Both the position numbers and the translations under genes were made by a program. From contig CAVYGB010000010.1 in NCBI GenBank assembly GCA_963767925.1, positions 1,184,001 to 1,248,000 on the forward strand: a stretch of 64,000 nt of DNA, written 5' to 3'. Each line of letters opens with the position of its first letter. Within the stretch, counting starts at the first letter, position 1. This DNA is from an uncultured delta proteobacterium (GTDB lineage Bacteria > Myxococcota_A > Polyangia > Fen-1088). Below are positions 11,475-21,328 of this stretch, in pieces. The notes under the pieces were generated by a model. It was not told the origin of the DNA. It saw only the letters and a program-made list of their open reading frames with translations, and made no database searches.

Positions 11475-12939
11475 GCGATCCCCTCGACGCCTACGAGCCG
11501 GTGATCGGGCTCGAGGTGCACGTGCAGCTCGCCACGCGCTCGAAGATCTTCTCGTCGGCCTCGGCGGCCTTCGGCGGCGAGCCCAACGCGCGCACCGATC
11601 CGGTGGTGCTGGGCCTGCCCGGCACCTTGCCGGTGCTGAACCGGGCGGTGGTGGAGATGGCGGTGCGCCTCGGGCTGGCGGTGGGCGGGCACATCCGGCC
11701 GCGCTGCCGCTTCGCCCGCAAGCACTACTTCTATCCGGACCTGCCCAAGGGGTTTCAGATCTCGCAGTTCGACGAGCCGCTCGTCGAGGGCGGGGTCATC
11801 ACGTTCCGGCTGCGCGGCGAGCGGCGCCAGGTGCACCTGACCCGCATCCACCTGGAAGAGGACGCGGGCAAGAACTGGTCCACGCCGTCCGGGACGAGCC
11901 TCGTCGACTACAACCGGGCCGGCGTCCCCCTGTGCGAGGTGGTGAGCGAGCCCGAGCGTGCGCTCGGCGGAGGAGGCGGCGGAGTACCTGCGGGCGGTGC
12001 GGACGCTGGTGCGCTACCTCGGGCATCAGCGACGGCAACATGGAGGAGGGCTCGCTGCGCTGTGACGCCAACGTGTCGCTGCGCCTGCGCGGCGAGACCA
12101 AGCTCGGCACCAAGACCGAGCTCAAGAACATCAACTCGTTCAAGAACGTGAAGGACGCGATCGAACACGAGATCAAGCGGCAGGCCCAGCTCCTGCTCGA
12201 CGGGGCGAGCGGGTGGTGCAGGAGACCCGGCTGTGGGACGCCGACGCGCGGGCGCTCGGCCTCGATGCGGTCCAAGGAGCAGGCGCACGACTACCGCTAC
12301 TTCCCCGAGCCGGACCTGCCGCCGCTGGCGGTCGGCGAGGCGCAGCTGGCCCGGGCGCGGGCCAGCTTGCCGGAGCTGCCCGAGGCCCGCTTCGCCCGCT
12401 ACACTGAGCGGCCTGGGGCTGTCGGCCCAGGACGCCGGGGTGCTGGTGTCGGAGCGGGAGATCGCCGATTACTTCGAGGCGGCGGTGGCGGCGGCGGGCA
12501 AGTCGGGCAAAGAGGCGTTCGGCAAGAAGATCGCCAACTGGGTGCATCAACGAGGTGCTGGGGCGGGTGACGGACGCCCGCGCGCTGGCCGCTGCCTGAC
12601 CTGCCGGTTCCGCCGGCGGCGCTGGCGGAGCTGGTGGCGCTGGTCGAGGACGGGACCGTGTCGGGCAAGCAGGCCAAGGACGTGTTCGGGCGCATGTGGG
12701 CGCAGCGGCGGGGGGCCAAGGAGATCGTCGAGGCGGAGGGGATGAGCCAGGTCTCGGATAGTGGAGCGCTCGAGGCGGCTTGCCAGCGGGTCGTGGCGGC
12801 GCATTCCGAGGAAGTGGAGCGGTATCGGGCGGGCCGGACGCAGCTGCTGGGCTTCTTCGTGGGGTTGGTCCTGAAGGAGTCGGGCGGGCAAGCGAACCCG
12901 AAGTCCGTGAGCGAAATCCTGCGCCGATTGCTCGCCTGA
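11471..12939 (+). CDS. gatB: Asp/Glu-tRNA amidotransferase subunit B (multiple frameshifts in this sequence)
   Basis: [89 protein letters not shown]...GQANP, spread over three frames. Confidence 0.92.
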
Positions 12940-13076
12940 CCCAGATCCCCTTCCAGCCACGGCCCCGGTAGCCGTCCGCGTCCCCGAGGCGTGCGGCAGT
13001 GCGCTTTGATGGGGATCTCCACCAGATGGCCGAGAGCGGCCTGGCTCAGATCTCCTGCACTTGGGCGAGCGAACCC

Positions 13077-13379
13077 CTCGCGCTCAGGCCCGCTGCGCTC
13101 GGGGACGGACCGGCTCTCGCTCAGGCCCGCTGCGCTCGGGGACGGACCGGCTCTCGCGCTCAGGCCCGCTGCGCTTCGGGGACGGACCGGCTCTCGCGCT
13201 CAGGCCCGCTGCGCTTCGGGGACGGACCGGCTCTCGCGCTCAGGCCCGCTGCGCTCGGGGACGGACCGGCTCTCGCGCTCAGGCCCGCTGCGCTTCGGGG
13301 ACGGACCGGCTCTCGCGCTCAGGCCCGCTGCGCTCGGGGACGGACCGGCTCTCGCGCTCAGGCCCGCTGCGCTCGGGGA
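13077..13379. repeat. tandem array of a ~39-bp unit, about 7.8 copies
   Basis: Unit CTCTCGCGCTCAGGCCCGCTGCGCT(T)CGGGGACGGACCGG repeated head to tail with 37/39/40-bp variants and no spacers. Confidence 0.95.
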
Positions 13380-13509
13380 GGGGAAGACTCGTCTGAGGGC
13401 ACGCCGGAGCTTCCAGCGCTTCGCGCTTGCCCCTCTGTTCGCCGCTGGCGACTTCGCGCAGACGCGAAGTGCGCGGCTCCACTCGCCCTCAGACAAGTCT
13501 TCCCCTCCC
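13376..13509. repeat. 25-bp inverted repeat enclosing an 84-bp core (hairpin/MITE-like)
   Basis: GGGAGGGGAAGACTCGTCTGAGGGC (13376-13400) versus GCCCTCAGACAAGTCTTCCCCTCCC (13485-13509): 24/25 complementary. Confidence 0.8.
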
Positions 13510-13628
13510 TCCCCTCCGCTCTCGTCGGGGCTCGAGCGAGCGGCAACGGGCGTTGGGCCGGCGGCTCCGGCGGGGCCAAGCGCGCCTGATCCCAAGTGGG
13601 GGTGAGGCCGTCTCCGGCGTCACGAAGA

Positions 13629-13784
13629 CTCTCCCCGCTGCCGGGGGCGAGGGCGAACAATTGGCCAGGTGCCCCGATCATCTTCCGGGCGGGCACATGT
13701 CGCTCGGACCTCGACGAGATTTCTGCTCCCCCCGACCTGTTCGCCCTCGCCCCGCGGCAGCGGGGAGAGGGATGGGGTGAGGGG
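13629..13784. repeat. REPIN/MITE-like element, copy 1 (left end truncated)
   Basis: CTCTCCCCGCTGCCGGGGGCGAGGGCGAACA...TGTTCGCCCTCGCCCCGCGGCAGCGGGGAGAGGGATGGGGTGAGGGG; arms and core align with the reverse complement of 19693-19863. Confidence 0.85.
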
Positions 13785-13980
13785 GCTCCGGGCAGATCGT
13801 TCCGTGCGCCAGTGCCTCGCGGCAGAAGATCGGTCATGGTTTCGGCGTCGAGGCGCCCCGCCAGCAAGGCGCGACGACGAGTAATACTGGACGTATTTCG
13901 AGGAGGAGCAACGCAGCTGGCGGGGATGCATCGGCGGCGAAAAAATGTCCGAGATTCTGCCCTGAGGCGCTAGCGCTGCG

Positions 13981-14568
13981 CTAGGGGCCGGGAGGATCGC
14001 CGAGCTGGCGGTCGAGGGCCAGGTTGAGGGCGAGCAGGTTGACCCGCGGCTCGCCGAGGAAGCCGAGCGAGCGGGCCTCGGTGTGGTCGGCGACGAGGGC
14101 GCGCAGCCGATCGGGGCTCACGCCGCGGGCGCGGGCCACCCGGGGGAGCTGCCAGAGCACGGCCCCGGGGGAGAGGTGGGGGTCGAGCCCGCTGGCCGAG
14201 GTGGTCACCAGCTCGGAGGGGATGGGGCCGGGCGCCTGGGGGTTCTCGGCCTGCAGGCGCGCGATCTCCGCCTGCACCCGCGCCCGCAGGCGGGCCGAGG
14301 TGGGGCCCAGGTTGGATCCACCCGAGGCGGTGGCGTCGTGGCCCTGCCCGGCCGCCGAGGGGCGGCCCTGGAAATAGCTCGGGCGGGTGAAGCGCTGGCC
14401 GATGAGGTGAGCGCCCACGACGCGACCGCTGCCGTCGCGCACCAGGCTGCCCGCGGCCGGTCCCGGGAACAGGGCCCCCGCCAGCCCGGTCATCAGCAGC
14501 GGATAGAGCAGCCCGGTCAGGACGAGAGTGACGAGGGTGGCCCGCAGCGCGGTCGTGAACGTGCGCAT
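13981..14568 (-). CDS. kdpC: K+-transporting ATPase subunit C
   Basis: MRTFTTALRATLVTLVLTGLLYP, LIGQRF, YFQGRPSA, SGGSNLGPT, VTTSASGLDPH, GEPRVNLLALNLALD; AAGGAG RBS. Confidence 0.95.
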   Translation of the reverse strand: MRTFTTALRATLVTLVLTGLLYPLLMTGLAGALFPGPAAGSLVRDGSGRVVGAHLIGQRFTRPSYFQGRPSAAGQGHDATASGGSNLGPTSARLRARVQAEIARLQAENPQAPGPIPSELVTTSASGLDPHLSPGAVLWQLPRVARARGVSPDRLRALVADHTEARSLGFLGEPRVNLLALNLALDRQLGDPPGP

Positions 14569-14597
14569 GTCGTTCTCCTTCTCTCCTTCTCTCTTCT

Positions 14598-16643
14598 TCA
14601 GGCGATCCCCAACCAGGACAGCAGGAGATCGATCAGCTTGATCCCGGCGAAGGGGGCGGCGACGCCGCCGAGGCCGTAGATCAACATCGAGCGCCGGAAC
14701 AGCGCCGCCGCGCCCAGCGGCCGGTACTTCACCCCCCGCAGGGCCAGGGGGATCAGCAGGACGATGACGAGGGCGTTGAAGATCACCGCCGAGAGGATGG
14801 CGCTGGCCGGTGAGCCCAGGCCCATGACGTCGAGAGGGGCGAGCTCGGGCAGGGCGCCGAGGAAGAGCGCCGGCAGGATCGCGAAATATTTGGCCACGTC
14901 GTTGGCGATGGAGAAGGTGGTGAGGGCGCCGCGGGTCATGAGGAGCTGCTTGCCGACCTCGATCACCTCGAGCAGCTTGGTGGGGTTCGAGTCGAGGTCG
15001 ATCATGTTGCCCGCCTCCCGGGCGGCCTGGGTGCCGCTGTTCATCGCCACCCCCACGTCGGCCTGGGCCAGGGCGGGGGCGTCGTTGGTGCCGTCGCCGG
15101 TCATCGCCACCAGGTGGCCCTGGCGCTGCTCGGCCTCGATGAGGCGCAGCTTGGCCTCGGGGGTGGCCTCGGCCAGGTAGGTGTCGACGCCGGCCTCGCG
15201 GGCGATGCTGGCGGCGGTGCGGGGGTTGTCGCCGGTGACCATGACGGTGCGGATGCCCATCACCCGGAAGCGGGCGAAGCGCTCCTTGATGCCGCCCTTG
15301 ACCACGTCGGTGAGGCGGACGACGCCCAGCAGGCGGGGGCCGTCGGCCACCGCCAGGGGCGTGCCTCCCGCGTCCCCGATGGCGTGGGCGATCTCGGCGA
15401 GCGCGGGGGGGACGGCGCCGCCCAGGGACTCGACCCAGGCGCTCACCGAGTCGACCGCCCCCTTGCGGAGCTGCCGGCCCTCGAGGTCGCAGCCGCTCAT
15501 GCGGGTGCGGGCGGTAAAGGGGATGAACCGCGCGCCGGGCGGGTGCCGATCGCGGTCCCGCAGGTCCGGGCGCTGCCGGGCCAGCCCGACGATGGAGCGG
15601 CCCTCGGGGGTCTCGTCGGCCAGGCTGGCGAGCCGGGCGGCGTCGGCCAGCTCCTCCGGACACACGCCGGGCAGGGGGATGAGCTCGGTGGCCAGGCGGT
15701 TGCCGAGGGTGATGGTGCCGGTCTTGTCGAGCAGCAGGACGTCGACGTCCCCCGCCGCCTCGATGGCCCGCCCGCTCATGGCGATGACGTTCTTGCGGAT
15801 GAGGCGGTCCATCCCGGCGATGCCGATGGCCGAGAGCAGGCCGCCGATGGTGGTGGGGATGAGGCAGACCAGCAGGGCCACTACCACCGTCGCCGACAGG
15901 GTGATGCCGCGGTGGAGAGCGAGCGGCACCAGGGTCACGCAGGCGAAGAGGAAGACCAGGGTCAGCCCGACCAGCAGGATGTGCAGGGCGATCTCGTTGG
16001 GCGTCTTCTGGCGGGCGGCCCCCTCGACGAGGGCGATCATGCGGTCGAGGAAGGTCTCGCCGGGGTTGGCGGTGATGCGGACGATGAGCCGGTCGGACAG
16101 CAGCCGGGTGCCGCCGGTGACCGCCGAGCGGTCGCCGCCGCTCTCCCGGATCACGGGGCCCGACTCGCCGGTGATGGCGCTCTCGTCGACCGAGGCGGCC
16201 CCCTCCAGCACCTCGCCGTCCCCCGGAATGACCTCGCCCGCCTCCACCAGGACGCGATCGCCCGCGCGCAGGGCGGTGGCTTCGACCTGCTCGGGCGCGC
16301 CGTCGACCTGCAGGCGGCGCGCGCCGACCTGGGTGCGCATCCGGCGCAGCGAATCGGCCTGGGCCTTGCCGCGGCCCTCGGCCACCGCCTCGGCGAAGCT
16401 GGCGAACAGCACGGTGAACCAGAGCCAGAGCGCCACCGCCGCGGTGAACCCGAGGGGGGCGCCCGGCCGCCCCCCCAGGAGATCGCGCAGGAAGATCAGA
16501 GTCGTGAGGGCGCTGCCCACCTCGACCACGAACATGACCGGGTTGCGGGCCACCTGGCGGGGCGACAGCTTGCGGAGGCTGTCGCGCAGGGCCCGCCCGA
16601 GCAGGGCGGCGTCGAACAGGGTGGGGGTCGAGGCGGGGGTCAT
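14598..16643 (-). CDS. kdpB: K+-transporting ATPase subunit B
   Basis: [24 protein letters not shown] phosphorylation motif, [17 protein letters not shown] 16643 overlaps the kdpA stop. Confidence 0.97.
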   Translation of the reverse strand: MTPASTPTLFDAALLGRALRDSLRKLSPRQVARNPVMFVVEVGSALTTLIFLRDLLGGRPGAPLGFTAAVALWLWFTVLFASFAEAVAEGRGKAQADSLRRMRTQVGARRLQVDGAPEQVEATALRAGDRVLVEAGEVIPGDGEVLEGAASVDESAITGESGPVIRESGGDRSAVTGGTRLLSDRLIVRITANPGETFLDRMIALVEGAARQKTPNEIALHILLVGLTLVFLFACVTLVPLALHRGITLSATVVVALLVCLIPTTIGGLLSAIGIAGMDRLIRKNVIAMSGRAIEAAGDVDVLLLDKTGTITLGNRLATELIPLPGVCPEELADAARLASLADETPEGRSIVGLARQRPDLRDRDRHPPGARFIPFTARTRMSGCDLEGRQLRKGAVDSVSAWVESLGGAVPPALAEIAHAIGDAGGTPLAVADGPRLLGVVRLTDVVKGGIKERFARFRVMGIRTVMVTGDNPRTAASIAREAGVDTYLAEATPEAKLRLIEAEQRQGHLVAMTGDGTNDAPALAQADVGVAMNSGTQAAREAGNMIDLDSNPTKLLEVIEVGKQLLMTRGALTTFSIANDVAKYFAILPALFLGALPELAPLDVMGLGSPASAILSAVIFNALVIVLLIPLALRGVKYRPLGAAALFRRSMLIYGLGGVAAPFAGIKLIDLLLSWLGIA

Positions 16644-18361
16644 GGGACCTTTCCGGTGAGGGTCAGGAGGTGCTCGGCCAGAGGGGCCAGGGTGAGGGCG
16701 GGGAAATAGGTGAGCGCGCCGACAACCACGACGACCGCGCTCAGGAGCGCCACGAACAGCGGCCCCCCGGTGGGGAAGGTCCCCGGCCCCGGCGCCACCG
16801 GGCGCTTGCCGATCATCGAGCCGGCGATGGCCAGGACCGGGACCATCATCAGGAAGCGGCCGCCCAGCATGGCGACCGCCAGGGTGAGATCGTAAAACGG
16901 CGTGTTGGCGCCGAGGCCGGCGAAGGCCGAGCCGTTGTTGCCGGCTCCGCTCACGAAGGCGTAGAGGATCTCCGAGAGGCCGTGGGCGCCGTCGTTGGTC
17001 AAGGTGGCCGTCCCCAGCGGGCTGACCGCGGCCCAGGCCGACAGGCCGAGCACCAGCAAGGGAAAGACCAGCAGGTAAAGGGTCACCGCCTTCATCTCCC
17101 GGGGCTCGATCTTCTTGCCGAGGTACTCGGGCGTGCGCCCCACCATGAGCCCGGCGAGGAACACGCTCAGCAGGACCATGACGAGGATGCCGTACAGCCC
17201 GGCGCCGACGCCCCCGAAGATCACCTCGCCGAGCATGATGTTGACCATCGGGACCAGGCCCCCGAGCGGGGTGAAGCTGTCGTGCATGGAGTTGACCGCC
17301 CCGCAGGAGGCGGCGGTTGTCACGGTGGCGAACAGGGCCGAGCCGGCCACGCCGAAGCGGACCTCCTTGCCCTCCAGGTTGCCGGCGCCCGGCTCGAGGG
17401 GGAGCCCGGCCAGGGCCGGGTTTCCGGCCGCCTCGGCGGCGTAGGCGGTGAAAACGCCGGCGAAGAACAGCAGCGACATCGCCGCGAACAGCGCCCAGCC
17501 CTGCCGCCGGTCGCGGGCCATGCGCCCGAAGGTGTGGGTCAGCGCCGCCGGGATGGCGAAGATGAGCACGAGCTGCAAGAAGTTGCTCAGGGGCGTCGGG
17601 TTCTCGAAGGGGTGGGCGCTGTTGGCGTTGAAGAAGCCGCCGCCGTTGGTGCCCAGCAGCTTGATCGCCTCCTGCGAGGCGACCGGGCCGAGGGCCAGGG
17701 TCTGCCGGCCGCCCTCGAGGGTGGTCAGCTCGAGGTAGGGGCTCAGGTTCTGGATCACGCCCTGGGCGGCGAGGGCCAACCCGGCCAGCAGCGACAGGGG
17801 CAGCAAGACGTAGACCAGCGCCCGCACCAGGTCGACGAGGAAGTGCCCCACCCCGCCCGCCCCGCCGTCGGAGGGCCGGGCGGTCAGCCCCCGGGCCAGC
17901 ACCAGCGCCACCCCCAGCCCCGCCCCGGCGGAGGTGAAGTTGTGCCAGGCCAGCCCCGCCATCTGGGTCAGGTAGCTCATCGTCGACTCGCCGGCGTACG
18001 ACTGCCAGTTGGTGTTGCTGACGAAGCTGACCGCGGTGTTGAAGGCCAGGTGAGCCGTGGGGGGCCCGAGCTGCTGCGGGTTGAGGGGCAGCAGGTGCTG
18101 CAGCCGTTGCAGGAGGTACGTCCCCAGCACGCCGAGGGCGGAGAAGACGAGCAAGGCACCCGTGTACCCCCGCCAGCTCTGCCGCGCCTCGCCCCGCACC
18201 CCACACAGCCGGAGCAACAGCCGCTCGACCGGCCCCAGCAGCCCGGGCAGCGGGCGGCGCTCGCCCTCGAAGACGCGATGGAGGTACCCCCCGAGCGGGG
18301 GCGTGATGGCCAGGACGACGAGAAAGAAGGCCGCGATCTGCAGCCAGCCCGTGCGTGTCAT
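16640..18361 (-). CDS. kdpA: K+-transporting ATPase subunit A
   Basis: [67 protein letters not shown]. Confidence 0.97.
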   Translation of the reverse strand: MTRTGWLQIAAFFLVVLAITPPLGGYLHRVFEGERRPLPGLLGPVERLLLRLCGVRGEARQSWRGYTGALLVFSALGVLGTYLLQRLQHLLPLNPQQLGPPTAHLAFNTAVSFVSNTNWQSYAGESTMSYLTQMAGLAWHNFTSAGAGLGVALVLARGLTARPSDGGAGGVGHFLVDLVRALVYVLLPLSLLAGLALAAQGVIQNLSPYLELTTLEGGRQTLALGPVASQEAIKLLGTNGGGFFNANSAHPFENPTPLSNFLQLVLIFAIPAALTHTFGRMARDRRQGWALFAAMSLLFFAGVFTAYAAEAAGNPALAGLPLEPGAGNLEGKEVRFGVAGSALFATVTTAASCGAVNSMHDSFTPLGGLVPMVNIMLGEVIFGGVGAGLYGILVMVLLSVFLAGLMVGRTPEYLGKKIEPREMKAVTLYLLVFPLLVLGLSAWAAVSPLGTATLTNDGAHGLSEILYAFVSGAGNNGSAFAGLGANTPFYDLTLAVAMLGGRFLMMVPVLAIAGSMIGKRPVAPGPGTFPTGGPLFVALLSAVVVVVGALTYFPALTLAPLAEHLLTLTGKVP

Positions 18362-18369
18362 GGTTGGCC

Positions 18370-18459
18370 TCAGTACCGCTCGGGGCGCAGGAGCGCGTGA
18401 ACCAGGTAAACGGCGAGGCCGAGCGCGAGCAGGCCCCCCAGGACGTAGTCGGCGGTCAT
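18370..18459 (-). CDS. kdpF: K+-transporting ATPase subunit F
   Basis: 29-aa hydrophobic peptide [29 protein letters not shown] immediately upstream of kdpA. Confidence 0.92.
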   Translation of the reverse strand: MTADYVLGGLLALGLAVYLVHALLRPERY

Positions 18460-18485
18460 CGAAGGTTTCTCCCGCCGTCCCCCGT

Positions 18486-18501
18486 TGCAGCCGGCAGGCC
18501 A
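18486..18501 (-). promoter_or_regulatory. candidate sigma54 (-24/-12) promoter of kdpFABC
   Basis: Minus strand TGGCCTGCCGGCTGCA = GG-N10-GC, 26 nt upstream of the kdpF ATG. Confidence 0.6.
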
Positions 18502-18546
18502 GCCGGCGGATCCCGGGGCCGGCAGGGGCTGCGCCCGCCGCCGGGT

Positions 18547-18588
18547 TTCAAGATGCAGGACGTCGCTGGCGGGAGATTGCAGGTTGCA
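18547..18588. promoter_or_regulatory. candidate enhancer (two T(T/G)CA-N3-TGCA sites, 31 bp apart) for kdpFABC
   Basis: TTCAAGATGCA (18547-18557) and TGCAGGTTGCA (18578-18588); the same pair at the same spacing recurs at 28241-28282. Confidence 0.65.
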
Positions 18589-18652
18589 GGGCGGCCCGCG
18601 TCGCCGGGCCCGCTCGCCGATCTCGGGGTAAAACTGCGGTCCGAGGTAGGCC

Positions 18653-19657
18653 ATGGCAGCGGACACGCCGGCGGGCGCGAAAGCAGGGGCGGTCAGCCAC
18701 CCCGAGAAGGTGCTGTTCCCGGACAGCGGGATCACGAAGGGGGAGCTCTGCGCGTATTACGAGGCGATCGCGCCGCTGATGGTGCCGCACATCCAGGGTC
18801 GGCCGGTCACCCTGGAGCGGTTTCCCGCGGGCATCGACAAGAAGGGGTTCATCCAGAAGGACGTCGCGAAGGGCTTTCCTTCCTGGCTGGAGCGGGTGGA
18901 GGTCGGCAAGCGCCAGGGGAAGGCGGGGGAGAGCGTGCACTACGCGCTGGCCGGCGACGCCCGCTCGCTGGTCTGGCTGGCCAACCAGAACTCCATCACC
19001 CCCCACGTGTGGTGCGCGCGCCTGCCGCGGCTGGATCAGCCGGACCTGTGCGTCTTCGATCTGGACCCGCCGGGAGACGAGGACGTCTCGCTGCGGGCGG
19101 CGGCGCTGGCGGTGCGCGACCTGCTGGACGAGCTCGGGCTCCCCTCGTTCGTGAAGACGACGGGCTCCAAGGGATTCCACGTCGTGGTGCCGCTGGTCGG
19201 GGAGGCCGACTTCGAGGCCTCCTGGCGCTTCGCCCGCGGGGCGGGCGCGGTGCTGGTGAAGCGACACCCCGAGACGTTGACCCAGGAGTTCATCAAGACC
19301 GACCGGGCGGGCCGGATCTTCATGGACACCGGCCGCAACGCCCCCGGCGCCACCTTCGCCGCGGTCTACGCCGTCCGCCCCCGCCCCGGCGCCCCGGTGT
19401 CGGCCCCCTGCACCTGGCAAGAGGTGGAGAGCGGCCGGGTCGGCCCCCGCACCTTCACGCTGCGGAACCTGGCCGAGCGCACCGCCGAGGTGGGCGACCT
19501 CTGGCAGGATCTGGACCGCCGGCGCTGCTCGCTGGCCGAGCCGCTGGCCCGCCTCGAGCAGCTCCTGACCGCCGCCGACTGGCAGGAGGCTCACGCCGCC
19601 GCCACCCGCAGACCGGTGTCCCGCAAGCCCCCCCGCAAGCCCGCGTCCGATGGCTAG
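18653..19657 (+). CDS. stand-alone LigD-type primase-polymerase domain protein
   Basis: SHPEKVLFPDSGITKGEL, RPVTLERFPAG, FIQK, PDLCVFDLDP, KTTGSKGFHV, RIFMDTGRN, VSAPCTW; no ligase or phosphoesterase domain. Confidence 0.92.
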   Translation: MAADTPAGAKAGAVSHPEKVLFPDSGITKGELCAYYEAIAPLMVPHIQGRPVTLERFPAGIDKKGFIQKDVAKGFPSWLERVEVGKRQGKAGESVHYALAGDARSLVWLANQNSITPHVWCARLPRLDQPDLCVFDLDPPGDEDVSLRAAALAVRDLLDELGLPSFVKTTGSKGFHVVVPLVGEADFEASWRFARGAGAVLVKRHPETLTQEFIKTDRAGRIFMDTGRNAPGATFAAVYAVRPRPGAPVSAPCTWQEVESGRVGPRTFTLRNLAERTAEVGDLWQDLDRRRCSLAEPLARLEQLLTAADWQEAHAAATRRPVSRKPPRKPASDG

Positions 19658-19692
19658 ACGTTGGCTGAAGCACCGGACGGCTGGCCGGAAAC

Positions 19693-19863
19693 CCCTCACC
19701 CCTCCCCTCTCCCCGCTGCCGCGGGGCGAGGGCGAACAGGTCCGGGGGAGCGGAAATCTTGGCCCAGTCCGCGCCATTGGTGCCCGCTCGGAAGATGATC
19801 GGAGGCACCTGGCCAAGTGTTCGCCCTCGCCCCGCGGCAGCGGGGAGAGGGGAGGGGTGAGGG
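19693..19863. repeat. REPIN/MITE-like element, copy 2, with perfect 46-bp terminal inverted repeats
   Basis: CCCTCACCCCTCCCCTCTCCCCGCTGCCGCGGGGCGAGGGCGAACA at 19693-19738 and its exact reverse complement at 19818-19863. Confidence 0.9.
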
Positions 19864-19962
19864 TCCGCCGGCGTTCGCGGTGGGGCGGAGCGTGTTAAAC
19901 GTGGGGCCACGCTGTGGGCGGATTCGATCCGCCGCCGCGCCCTCTGTCGCAAGGAGCCCCGC

Positions 19963-20691
19963 ATGTTCGTTCGCCACCTCACCCCGCTGGTCGCCGCCCT
20001 CGCCCTGGCCACGAGCGCCTGCGCCGATGACACCGGCGCCGCCGGCCCTGACGCCGGCGGCGGCGCGGACGCGGCCACCGACCGCGCGATCGACGCGGGG
20101 GCTGACACGACCGCGGGGGACGCCGCGCCCCCGATGACCTTCTTTCTCACCAGCACGGGCAGCGGCGCCAGCGGCGGCAACCTCGGCGGCCTGGAGGGCG
20201 CCGACGCCAAGTGCCGCCAGCTCGCCACCGCGGTCGGGGCCGGCGACCGCACCTGGGTCGCCTGGCTGAGCATCGAAAACGGCCCCGGCGGCGCCCCCGT
20301 ACACGCCCGCGACCGCGTGGGCCCGGGACCGTGGCACGACGTGAAGGGCCGGCTGGTCGCCGCCACCCTCGCCGATCTGCTGCCCGGGCCCGACCTGCGG
20401 CCCAGAGGCGACACCGCCGCCGTCGACGACCTCCTCGACGAGACCGGCAGCGCCGTCCCCAAAGCCCCCACCCAGCACGACATCCTCACCGGCACCCTCG
20501 CCTCCGGCCAGGTCTCTCCCGGCCAGACCTGCGGCGACTGGAAGAGCACCACGGGCACCGCCCAGGTCGGCCACGCCGACAACCGCGGCCCCTTCTCCTG
20601 GACCGAGGCCCACTTCACCATGGGCTGCGACATGGCCGGCGTCGCCGCCAACGGCGGCAACGGCCGCTTCTACTGCCTCGCCCGGCGCTAG
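19963..20691 (+). CDS. lipoprotein with endostatin/C-type-lectin-like domain
   Basis: AAGGAG RBS; signal ending [55 protein letters not shown]. Confidence 0.8.
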   Translation: MFVRHLTPLVAALALATSACADDTGAAGPDAGGGADAATDRAIDAGADTTAGDAAPPMTFFLTSTGSGASGGNLGGLEGADAKCRQLATAVGAGDRTWVAWLSIENGPGGAPVHARDRVGPGPWHDVKGRLVAATLADLLPGPDLRPRGDTAAVDDLLDETGSAVPKAPTQHDILTGTLASGQVSPGQTCGDWKSTTGTAQVGHADNRGPFSWTEAHFTMGCDMAGVAANGGNGRFYCLARR

Positions 20692-20841
20692 CGCCGAGCC
20701 CGCGCGCAGCGAGGGAACCCGGCTACTTTTCTGCAGCAGGCTCCTGGCGCCGGCGCGTCCGGCGTCAGGGCCAGCGCCTCCAGCGTTGGCGTCGGCGCGT
20801 CCGGCGCCTTTCGCCCACGCGCACCCACGCGGGGTCGAGCC

Positions 20842-21256
20842 ATGGGCTCTGCTGGTTTTGCTCCTCCCTGGATTCGCGATCTCGCAGCGTGTGCAGAGCG
20901 TGCCTGGAACGGACGACTCTCGATGGGCACGATCGTGTGGGCCGATCGATGGGACCGGGCCTGCGGGTGAGACCGGGGCCGGGCCGGCGGGGCCCACGGG
21001 AGCAGCGGGTCCGACTGGACCCAGCGGGTTGACGGGAGCGACAGGCGCCACGGGCCTGATCGGAGCGACAGGCGCAACCGGGTCACGGGGCGCAAGCTGG
21101 CAGGGGGTCTGGAGCGCCGTGATCGGCGACCAGCAGGCCTGCACGGATTTGACCGACAGCGTAGCCGTCGTCGCGGGCGATACCCTGGCCTGGGGCATGT
21201 CCACCACAGTTGGCAACAGCGGCCACCGGATCAACATCGCGGCTTACTGCCAGTAG
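20842..21256 (+). pseudogene. collagen-like (Gly-X-Y) protein remnant
   Basis: [37 protein letters not shown] followed by WQGVWS and a short tail [14 protein letters not shown]. No clean start or RBS, and many A/T-ending codons. Left boundary approximate. Confidence 0.45.
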
Positions 21257-21328
21257 GCGAAGCGCCGCGGGCTCCTGCCCTCCCGCCGGGTCGCGCGGCG
21301 GGGGGCGGGGGTCTATCCTTCGCGGCGC

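Noticed and set aside
13077..13379. CRISPR array
   Set aside because: Units are contiguous with no unique spacers, and no cas genes are in the window.
12991..13973. ORFs across the tandem array and REP-like elements
   Set aside because: They are translations of repeats in several frames with no protein motifs or RBS.
14573..14598. Purine-only tract between kdpB and kdpC
   Set aside because: Explained as a duplicated AAGGAG ribosome-binding region.
14598..18206. 1202-aa KdpB fusion and 560-aa KdpC extension
   Set aside because: Upstream parts are alternative frames of kdpA/kdpB. True starts are ATG 16643 and ATG 14568.
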